Assembly: GCA_004284765.1 (NCBI GenBank) | Contig: NQJD01000012.1 | Coordinates: forward strand, 1-32,000 | Direction: 5' to 3' | DNA: 32,000 bases | Origin: Candidatus Electronema aureum | Lineage (GTDB): Bacteria; Desulfobacterota; Desulfobulbia; Desulfobulbales; Desulfobulbaceae | Shown here: positions 25,106 to 32,000 of the stretch, one piece after another | Layout of the letters: each line of letters opens with the position of its first letter | How positions within the stretch are numbered: position 1 is the stretch's first letter | Program-made: the position numbers and the translations under genes | The notes under the pieces: model-generated | Seen by the model: only the letters and a program-made list of their open reading frames with translations | Databases searched by the model: none | Told to the model about the DNA's origin: nothing

Positions 25106-27037
25106 ATGACCACGAATTCCATATCCTTCCCCGGCCAGCCCGCGCCCGCAACGTGGCTCAGTGATTTTGACAAATACCTGATCGGAGAAGGTACGCATGA
25201 GCGGGCCTATGAAAAACTCGGTGCGCATCTGGTCTCCTTTGAAGGGAAGGCGGGCATCGTTTTCGCGGTCTGGGCACCCAATGCCCGCGAGGTCAGCATA
25301 ATCGGCGATTTCAATGACTGGGACGGGAAGTGCCATCCCATGCACTCCAGCGATTCCGGTATCTGGAGTCTCTTCATCCCCGGCTTGAAAGAATACACAG
25401 TCTATAAATACCGGCTCATCACCCAGCAGGGCGAGCAGTTTGACAAGTCCGACCCTTACGGCTTTGCGATGGAGCTGCGGCCTGCCACCGGTTCAGTGGC
25501 GGTTAACTTGGACAGCTACCAGTGGGGCGATGGCCAGTGGCTGAACGAACGGGCGCAGCGGCAGTCCTTAGACAGCCCAATTTCTATTTATGAAGTGCAT
25601 CTTGCTTCTTGGCAGAGGCAGCCGGACGAGAAATACGGCAGCCGCTATCTGACCTACCGAGAGCTGGCCGAGACCCTGATTCCCTATGTTCTCAAGATGG
25701 GTTATACGCACATTGAGCTGCTGCCCATTGCCGAGCATCCTTTTGACGGATCTTGGGGGTATCAGGTGCTGGGCTTCTTCGCCCCAACCAGCCGCTTCGG
25801 CACCCCGCAGGATTTCATGTATTTTGTCGATCAATGCCACCAGCATAATATCGGCGTAATCGTGGACTGGGTGCCTGCTCATTTCCCGAAAGATGGCGCG
25901 GGCCTCAACTATTTTGACGGCACCCATCTTTACGCTCACGAAGACCCCCGCCAAGGTGAGCATCAGGATTGGGGTACGATGATTTTCAACTATGGCCGCA
26001 ACGAGGTGCGTTCTTTCCTGATCTCCAACGCCCTGTTCTGGATTGATAAATATCACATTGACGGTCTGCGAGTGGATGCGGTGGCCTCGATGCTCTATCT
26101 CGATTACTCGCGCAAAGAAGGCGAGTGGTTGCCCAACGAGCACGGCGGTCGCGAAAATTTGGCCGCGATCAGTTTTCTCCGCAAGACCAACGAGGTGGTG
26201 CATGGCCTGTTTCCGGGCGTTCTCACTATTGCCGAGGAATCGACCTCTTGGCCGATGGTCTCGCGGCCCACTTGGTCAGGTGGCCTCGGCTTCAGCCTGA
26301 AATGGAACATGGGCTGGATGCACGATACCCTCAGCTATATGTGCCACGACTCGATTCACCGCCGTTTTCATCACAACGAAATTACCTTCGGGATGCTCTA
26401 CGCCTTCCATGAGAATTTCATCCTGCCGATTTCGCATGATGAGGTAGTGCATGGCAAAGGCTCCTTGGTCAACAAAATGCCCGGTGACGACTGGCAGAAA
26501 TTCGCTAATTTGCGCGCTTATCTTGGCTTCATGTGGAGCTATCCGGGCAAAAAGCTGCTCTTCATGGGTTGCGATTTTGGCCAGTGGCAAGAATGGAATC
26601 ACGACAAGGGATTGGAATGGCAGGCATTAGAAGCAGAAAATCATCAGGGTGTACAGCGTTTTGTGCAGGACTTAAACCAAGTGTACAAAAATGAGCCTAC
26701 CCTGCATGAGAACGACTACGACTGGACCGGCTTTTCTTGGATCAACGCTAATGATTCGGACAACTCGGTGTTTTCCTTCATTCGTCGAGCAAAAAACACT
26801 GGCGACCAGTTGGTGGTGGTTTGCAATTTAACCCCAGTGGTGCGGGAGAAATACCGGATCGGTACGCCTCAGGGCGGCGAATGGCGCGAACTGATCAACA
26901 GCGATTTAGCGATATACTGGGGAAGCGGCATTAGCAGCGGCGTGACCGCCAGCCAGTCGGAACCGTCGCATGGCTGTGAGCATACTCTTGAGCTGACCTT
27001 GCCGCCGCTCTCTGTCCTGATTCTGAAACCGGCCTGA
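25106..27037 (+). CDS. glgB: 1,4-alpha-glucan branching enzyme
   Basis: The start is set at ATG 25106 (MTTNSISF), with AAGGTG upstream. It carries [50 protein letters not shown] and [12 protein letters not shown], which are the GH13 branching-enzyme catalytic blocks. Confidence 0.9.
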   Translation: MTTNSISFPGQPAPATWLSDFDKYLIGEGTHERAYEKLGAHLVSFEGKAGIVFAVWAPNAREVSIIGDFNDWDGKCHPMHSSDSGIWSLFIPGLKEYTVYKYRLITQQGEQFDKSDPYGFAMELRPATGSVAVNLDSYQWGDGQWLNERAQRQSLDSPISIYEVHLASWQRQPDEKYGSRYLTYRELAETLIPYVLKMGYTHIELLPIAEHPFDGSWGYQVLGFFAPTSRFGTPQDFMYFVDQCHQHNIGVIVDWVPAHFPKDGAGLNYFDGTHLYAHEDPRQGEHQDWGTMIFNYGRNEVRSFLISNALFWIDKYHIDGLRVDAVASMLYLDYSRKEGEWLPNEHGGRENLAAISFLRKTNEVVHGLFPGVLTIAEESTSWPMVSRPTWSGGLGFSLKWNMGWMHDTLSYMCHDSIHRRFHHNEITFGMLYAFHENFILPISHDEVVHGKGSLVNKMPGDDWQKFANLRAYLGFMWSYPGKKLLFMGCDFGQWQEWNHDKGLEWQALEAENHQGVQRFVQDLNQVYKNEPTLHENDYDWTGFSWINANDSDNSVFSFIRRAKNTGDQLVVVCNLTPVVREKYRIGTPQGGEWRELINSDLAIYWGSGISSGVTASQSEPSHGCEHTLELTLPPLSVLILKPA

Positions 27038-27106
27038 TTTTTTACCGCCAGCCTGCTATCTGACCTGATATATTGTTCATCACAAACGCAACTTAGGGGT
27101 TTTAAC

Positions 27107-30100
27107 ATGACATTCACACCAAAGCGCACCGCTCTTTATATTACAGTCGGCATTTTAGCTTACATCGCTCTTGCAAGCTACCACGGGCATCTCAAAAATC
27201 GTTATGCCGAAGCCGATGGCCAAGGGCATAAAGAGGTCAGTCAGCAACAAAATCAGGCTGATGCGTACGCAAAAGAAATAGATGCAGCAAGAATTGCGGC
27301 AGGCGAAGCGCGGGCAGAAGAGCAAATGGTACGCAAAGAGCTTGAAGGATCCCAAGCAGCAGTGAAAAAAGAACGGGCGCTTCAGTTTCAGCTCAAAACT
27401 GAATTAGCCCGGCAGCAGGAGGCAGCACAAGCTGCTGTCGTTCAGCATGAGATGCAAATCAAGGCATTACAGGAGGAGCTGAACAATGCGAATAGCAAGA
27501 TTGAAGCTCTCAGCAAAGATGAAAATGCCGCCAGTCGCCAGCTGTTAGAAAAACTGAAGCAGCGCGAGGAAGAGCTTGCTCGCTCGCAGGTTACTGCTTT
27601 AGAGCTGGAGCAGACCAAACAGTCTTTGGCCGCCGAGCTGGAAAAAGTGCAGGCGGAATATCAGCAGGAGAATACCGCTGCTGCCCAGAATCAAGCGGCT
27701 GCGGCTGAAAAGCTGCAAACGCTGGAGCAAGAATTGGTTCAGCGACAGGAACATGCCGCAGAGTTGGAAAAAGTGCGAGCAGAATATCAGCAAAGCCGGA
27801 CGGAAGCGGATAGCCGCATAGCTGAACTGACTCGTCAAGTAGAGCAAGCTGAAACTGAGCTGGACGCGGCGCAAAAGCAAGTTGCCATTTTGGAGGAGGC
27901 CCAGCGTAAGACTGACCTGAAAGCTGAAGCCTTGATGCAATACGGCAAAGAGCAGGAAGAGAAGTTGGCTCCAACCGAGCAGCAAGTAGCTGAACTCCAG
28001 AGCCAGAATGTGGCACAGCAGGAGCAGGTAGCAACAGCTCAAAAGCAACTGCAACAGCAACAGACGCAGTACGTTGCTACACGCCAAGAGCTGGAAAAGG
28101 TTATCGCTGAACGCACTCAGCTGACGGGCGAGATCAAAAAAATAACCGAGCAACTGGCAACAGCTCAAAAGCAATTACAACAGCAACAGACGCAGTACGT
28201 TGCTACACGCCAGGAGCTGGAAAAAATTACCGCTGAACGCACTCAGCTGACGGGTGAGATCAAAAAAATAACCGAGCAACTGGCAGCGAAGGAAGGCGAG
28301 GCGGCCCAGCAGGGCGGTAAGGCGCAGGCTGCGGCGGCTAAAATCGTTGAACTCCAGCTGGCCTTGCAAAAAGCTGAGGTAGCTAAAGCCGCTGCTGAAA
28401 AAATTTCGGCAGAGATTGGACAGCAAGAGGAAGCCCGGCAGACCGCTCTGAGCGAGCAACAGGCCAAGTTAGATAATCAGAAAACGCTGCTGATAGAAAA
28501 CGCTGCTCGTATTTCTGAATTAGAAAAATCCTTAAAGGAAGCACAGCTTAAAGCTGAGGCCATGCTTCAGTACGGCAAGCAAAAGGCGCAGGAGTCCGCG
28601 CCCTCGGAGCAGCAAATTGCCGAGCTGCAAAGCCAGTTAGCTGAAAAGCAACAGCAGGTAGACGCAGCCCAGCAGCAGCTGAAAGATGCAGAGACCAACG
28701 GGCAGGAATTAGTAACTCAAGTTGCCGGGCTGACTGAAGCAAAAACCGTGCAGGAAAAGGAAGCCCAGCAGCAGGCGCAGGAGCTTGAGCAGAAGACCGC
28801 TGCGGTCGCCGAGCTGGAAAAGCAGCTGGCTGAAACACAGGTAGCCTTAAAAACTGCCGAAGAAGCTGTGGCTGCGGCAGCAGCAAAAGAGCAAGGTCTC
28901 CAGCAGGGTTTGACTGGCAAAGGTGAGGAGCTGACGGTTCTCAAGACGGAAAGCGAGAAACTTCAAGCCGAGTTAGCTGAGAAGAATAAGCAAGCGGAAG
29001 AATTGAGCAATCAGCTCACTGCACTCACCGCTGAAAAAGAAAAATTGACTGGTGAACTGACTGCGCTCACAGAAAAACAGACCACCACTGCCCAGCAGTT
29101 GGAAGAAAAAACCACTGCGCTGGCAGCAGCAGTGACCGCTGCTGAAGAGTCGAGCAGCAAAATTACTGCTTTAGAGACTAAGGCTGCCGAGGCAGACAAG
29201 GAGCTGACCGCCCTTCGCGAAAAAACTGCGGCTCAAGAGGCACAGTTAGCCGAACTCCAATCGATTCAGCAAAAGGTGCAGGCTGCTCAGGAGCAAGTTA
29301 CTACCTTGGAAGCAGAGGTTGCCAATAAACAAGCATTGCAGGACAGCTTGGCTGCCGCACAGGGAAAGGTTGCCGCTTTGGAAGGTGAGCTAACGCAGGC
29401 CCAAGCGCAGGTTACGGAGTTAGCTACGTTAAAAGAGAAGGCCGCAGGACTGGAGGCGCAGCTTGCAGATTTGAAGACTGCTCAGGAAAAAGCGGTTGCA
29501 TTAGAGGCTGAACTTTCTGCTGTGCAAGGCAAGCTGACAGAAGCACAGGCTGCCCAGCAGACGCAGGCTGATGCGGTGGCTAAGATTCCTGCTTTAGAGG
29601 AAGAAATCACCGGGCTGAAGAAGAGTCTTGGGGAAAAGGAGGCTGCACTCGCTCAGACTCAGACACAAGCGGCTGAATTGACTGCACTGAAAGAGAAGTT
29701 AGTGGCTCAGGAAGTTCAAGTAGCTGCGGTTTCCCAAGCGACTGAGCAAACGCAGCAGGTGCAGACAGAACTCACAGCCAAGGTCGCTGAAATTGCTGCG
29801 CTCAAGAAGAGCTTGGAGGAAAAGGAGACCGCGCTATCGCAATCTCAGGCCCAAGCCGAAAAAACAGCGGTGCTGGAAACTGAATTGACTGCGGCGCAGG
29901 CTAAATTAGCGGAAGCAACTGCGGCAGTTCAAACTGTTGAGCAAACCCAGCAGGTTCAGACAGCAACAGCGGCTAAGGTTTCCGGCTTGGAAGAGGAAAT
30001 AACTGGGCTAAAGAAGAATTTGGAAGAGAAGGAAACCGCGCTCGCCCAAGCTCAAGCTCAGGCTGCTGAATTAATTGCTCTGAAGGAAAAATCTACAGCT

Positions 30101-30865
30101 TTGGAAGCTCAAGTTGCAGAACTGAAAACTAATGCCGAGCAGCTCAAAACCGTTCAGGAAAAAACTGCCGCTTTAGAGGCTGAATTGGTTGTCGCTCAAG
30201 AAAAGCTGACTGAAACAGCGGGTTCTCAAAATGCCCAGCAGACACAGGAAGATGCGGCCAAGCTGACTGCGGAACTGGAGGAGAGTCGGACGAAAATTGC
30301 TGAATTGGAGCAGAGCATCGCTGCACTTCAAGCAGAGTTAGACGCACTCAAAAACAAAACGGAGCAGCAAATTTCTCCTCCTGCGGAAACTCAGCAACAA
30401 AATTCTGTTCAGCAATCTGCGCCGCCTGCGGACAAGGACGGTGATGGTGTTGTTGATGCTCAGGATCTCTGCCCAGACAGCGCGACTGGAACCGAAGTTA
30501 ACACAACAGGTTGCGCGGATAGGAGTGCCATTGTCCTTTCTGGTGTGAATTTTACCAAAGGTACTGCGGAGTTGACCGAAGAGGCAAAAAAAAGTCTGAC
30601 CGCCACGGCTGCTTTGCTCAAGCAATCTGCGTCTGATCAAAAATTTGAGATCGCAGGTTACACGGACATTACTGGCTCTTCGGCTAAGAATAAAGTTGTT
30701 TCGCAGCAGCGGGCAGATGCAGTACGAAATTTTTTGGTCAGCCAAGGTATCAAGCAAGAGCAAATGATCAGCAAAGGATATGGGAATGCCAATCCTATTG
30801 CTGACAACAGCACCAAAGAAGGACAGGCCAAGAACCGACGAGTGGAGCTGCACTTGCAGGAGTAA
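27107..30865 (+). CDS. Giant coiled-coil protein with N-terminal hydrophobic anchor/signal and C-terminal OmpA-type peptidoglycan-binding domain
   Basis: 1252 aa. The N-terminus is KRTALYITVGILAYIALASY. About 1040 residues of A/E/Q/K/L-rich heptad-like sequence follow, with no Pro, Gly-rich or Cys interruption. Next come a P/Q linker and a thrombospondin-type-3-like DKDGDGVVDAQDLCPDS. The protein ends in an OmpA_C-like region (FEIAGYTDITGSSAKNKVVSQQRADAVRNFL...NRRVELHL). Confidence 0.85.
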   Translation: MTFTPKRTALYITVGILAYIALASYHGHLKNRYAEADGQGHKEVSQQQNQADAYAKEIDAARIAAGEARAEEQMVRKELEGSQAAVKKERALQFQLKTELARQQEAAQAAVVQHEMQIKALQEELNNANSKIEALSKDENAASRQLLEKLKQREEELARSQVTALELEQTKQSLAAELEKVQAEYQQENTAAAQNQAAAAEKLQTLEQELVQRQEHAAELEKVRAEYQQSRTEADSRIAELTRQVEQAETELDAAQKQVAILEEAQRKTDLKAEALMQYGKEQEEKLAPTEQQVAELQSQNVAQQEQVATAQKQLQQQQTQYVATRQELEKVIAERTQLTGEIKKITEQLATAQKQLQQQQTQYVATRQELEKITAERTQLTGEIKKITEQLAAKEGEAAQQGGKAQAAAAKIVELQLALQKAEVAKAAAEKISAEIGQQEEARQTALSEQQAKLDNQKTLLIENAARISELEKSLKEAQLKAEAMLQYGKQKAQESAPSEQQIAELQSQLAEKQQQVDAAQQQLKDAETNGQELVTQVAGLTEAKTVQEKEAQQQAQELEQKTAAVAELEKQLAETQVALKTAEEAVAAAAAKEQGLQQGLTGKGEELTVLKTESEKLQAELAEKNKQAEELSNQLTALTAEKEKLTGELTALTEKQTTTAQQLEEKTTALAAAVTAAEESSSKITALETKAAEADKELTALREKTAAQEAQLAELQSIQQKVQAAQEQVTTLEAEVANKQALQDSLAAAQGKVAALEGELTQAQAQVTELATLKEKAAGLEAQLADLKTAQEKAVALEAELSAVQGKLTEAQAAQQTQADAVAKIPALEEEITGLKKSLGEKEAALAQTQTQAAELTALKEKLVAQEVQVAAVSQATEQTQQVQTELTAKVAEIAALKKSLEEKETALSQSQAQAEKTAVLETELTAAQAKLAEATAAVQTVEQTQQVQTATAAKVSGLEEEITGLKKNLEEKETALAQAQAQAAELIALKEKSTALEAQVAELKTNAEQLKTVQEKTAALEAELVVAQEKLTETAGSQNAQQTQEDAAKLTAELEESRTKIAELEQSIAALQAELDALKNKTEQQISPPAETQQQNSVQQSAPPADKDGDGVVDAQDLCPDSATGTEVNTTGCADRSAIVLSGVNFTKGTAELTEEAKKSLTATAALLKQSASDQKFEIAGYTDITGSSAKNKVVSQQRADAVRNFLVSQGIKQEQMISKGYGNANPIADNSTKEGQAKNRRVELHLQE
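28031..28282 (+). repeat. In-frame tandem duplication, 2 x 126 bp (42 aa), inside the coiled-coil gene
   Basis: Hand alignment of 28031-28156 against 28157-28282 gives 119/126 identical positions. Both copies encode ATAQKQLQQQQTQYVATRQELEK(V/I)(I/T)AERTQLTGEIKKITEQL. Confidence 0.9.
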
Positions 30866-30881
30866 GCAAGAAGCATATTCT

Positions 30882-30916
30882 AAAAAAAAGAAGGCGGTAC
30901 TGCCGTCTTCTTTTTA
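30882..30916 (+). terminator. Rho-independent (potentially bidirectional) terminator after the coiled-coil gene
   Basis: An A-run is followed by the stem AAGAAGGCGG (30888-30897) paired with CCGTCTTCTT (30903-30912, one G-U pair). The loop is 5 nt, and the stem is followed by TTT. Confidence 0.7.
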
Positions 30917-30995
30917 CTTCCGCTCATGGGTTGTAGTATGATGATCATGTCAACGTTGTTCTGCTGTCAAACTTTTATCTGAATGGAGAAAGAGG

Positions 30996-31706
30996 ATGAA
31001 CTTTCATGAACACGCCTACGAAAAGCTGATTGACCTGTACCATAATCATGGGCATGAAGTGGGAAGCGAGCTGCAAAAAAGTGATCCGCTTACTTACGGA
31101 TCATACAAATCCACAAACTGCATCACCTATGTCTTGAATGTCCTCAGTCATGCTTTTGAAAGCATCGGAGATGCTAAAGCATCCCAGCATGTATGGACGC
31201 TTGCGAAGCATGGCACAGAACTGGCTCAGTATCTTGTCACGAAACATGGCTGGAAAGGTATTTATATCAATCCTGATGTAAATCATCCACGTGATGCTCC
31301 TGATCCGCGCTGTAGCGAACACCCCTATTCGCATTATTTAGCCAACAAGACCTGCAAGTATTATAAGATTCCATTACACTACAAGGTGATCAATTATACG
31401 CCAACCCCAAAGGACGATCCTGCCTTTCAGCAGCTCAACGAACATCTCAGTGAAACAGCACTCAATAATATTGACATTGCTGGGTTAGAAAAAGTCAAAT
31501 TTGGTTTTGGTGTTTCCCGTGGAGGAATGCATACTTGGGTTTATGCCGAAGGCTATGTTTATGAAGTACATTGGAATGCAATAGGTGCTGATCTGTATGA
31601 AGCCACGCCGTTGCGTTTGTTTCCTTGGTTGAGCGGCGCAATCGTGATTCCGCCGGATTTGGCCGGAGTGATCCCTGCTTCTGCCAAACTGAGCTGCGCC
31701 AGTTAA
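30996..31706 (+). CDS. Hypothetical protein; putative papain-fold Cys/His amidase (distantly Tae4/NlpC-P60-like), no signal peptide
   Basis: 236 aa with a strong SD (GGAGAAAGAGG). The candidate nucleophile is in YKSTNCITYVLNVL (Cys42). The candidate His is in GVSRGGMHTWVYAEGYVYEVHW (His179). The order and context resemble my recollection of Tae4 (..NACxIRMSYxLN.. and ..GHVTLW.G..), with a large insertion between them. The coding call is solid; the function is an inference. Confidence 0.5.
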   Translation: MNFHEHAYEKLIDLYHNHGHEVGSELQKSDPLTYGSYKSTNCITYVLNVLSHAFESIGDAKASQHVWTLAKHGTELAQYLVTKHGWKGIYINPDVNHPRDAPDPRCSEHPYSHYLANKTCKYYKIPLHYKVINYTPTPKDDPAFQQLNEHLSETALNNIDIAGLEKVKFGFGVSRGGMHTWVYAEGYVYEVHWNAIGADLYEATPLRLFPWLSGAIVIPPDLAGVIPASAKLSCAS

Positions 31707-31707
31707 G

Positions 31708-32000
31708 ATGCTTCGGAATTTCTTATTTTTTTTGACTTTTTTCCTGCTTTGCTCGTGCGCTGTTGGCTCTGAATCAGCGACCGCCCTGTTTACCTACGAG
31801 GATTTTGGCCCGCCGTCTATGTCTAATGAGATAATAGGCATGGACTGGTGGCAGTGGCAGGAACATGGCGATTCGCACCAGAAAACATATGATATCAAGG
31901 TGGTGGTGTATCGAAACATCAGCCTTGATGAAGTGAAGAAAAAGTATCCGGTTGTGCCGGAGCAACTCAAGGACTACCGGTACGCGGAATACTCAAAGGC
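31708..32000 (+). CDS. Signal-peptide/lipoprotein-like protein, 5' part (runs off the window)
   Basis: Own translation from ATG 31708 gives MLRNFLFFLTFFLLCSCAVGSESATALFTYEDFGPPSMSNEIIGMDWWQWQEHGDSHQKTYDIKVVVYRNISLDEVKKKYPVVPEQLKDYRYAEYSKG, with no stop before 32000. It has a basic n-region, a hydrophobic core and an L-C-S-C lipobox-like site. The ATG lies 1 nt after the TAA of the preceding gene. It is absent from the ORF track because it is open-ended. Confidence 0.6.
   Translation, partial: MLRNFLFFLTFFLLCSCAVGSESATALFTYEDFGPPSMSNEIIGMDWWQWQEHGDSHQKTYDIKVVVYRNISLDEVKKKYPVVPEQLKDYRYAEYSK

Noticed and set aside
27591-29199. Many long minus-strand ORFs (for example 27599..28174, 27591..28034, 28175..28459, 28548..28886) antisense to the coiled-coil gene.
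   Set aside because: These are mirror ORFs produced by the biased GCN/CAG/GAA codon composition of the plus-strand gene. Their translations are low-complexity L/S/C/F-rich strings with no start context. The plus-strand ORF is continuous for 1252 codons and ends in a recognisable OmpA domain.

Overview
This is a 32-kb chromosomal window from a Gram-negative bacterium. The gene content is loosely reminiscent of Desulfobacterota, but the taxon cannot be proven from sequence alone.

Left edge (1-1970): an IS graveyard.
- The 3' fragment of an IS1-family transposase, cut by the window edge.
- A complete 996-bp IS982-family element with perfect 15-bp terminal inverted repeats. It sits inside, and truncates, an IS30-family transposase gene.

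Minus strand, in coordinate order:
- A GYF/AIM24 gene, then bioG and bioF.
- A by-eye GC-richer arsenic-type island: a three-gene CxxC thiol-relay set and an ACR3 permease. It is split by the two halves of a decayed ROCO gene (LRR and COR-B, with Roc missing).
- A compact signalling cluster: a REC-less CheB, CheR, a 1357-aa Cache-HAMP-GAF-HisKA-HATPase kinase with three receivers, and REC-GGDEF. No MCP, CheW or CheA is visible.
- A polyprenyl synthase and an Fe-S XPD/DinG-type helicase.

Plus strand:
- A REC-GAF histidine kinase, a class-I aminotransferase, a YitT membrane protein, an Fe-alcohol dehydrogenase and GlgB.
- A 1252-aa almost pure coiled-coil protein ending in an OmpA-type peptidoglycan-binding domain.
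- A leaderless papain-like (Tae4-like) protein, translationally coupled to a signal-peptide/lipoprotein ORF that runs off the window.

Two non-coding tandem arrays have unrelated sequence but identical geometry (6 x 23 bp, each unit palindromic). Both lie in intergenic gaps of minus-strand operons.

The most promising candidates for undescribed biology are:
1. The CheR/CheB-plus-classical-kinase-plus-GGDEF module, with an 11-heptad x-E-E-L coiled coil as the putative methylation target.
2. The giant membrane-to-peptidoglycan coiled-coil protein.
3. The putative amidase/immunity pair next to it.

All functional calls come from motif recognition by eye. No database search was run.
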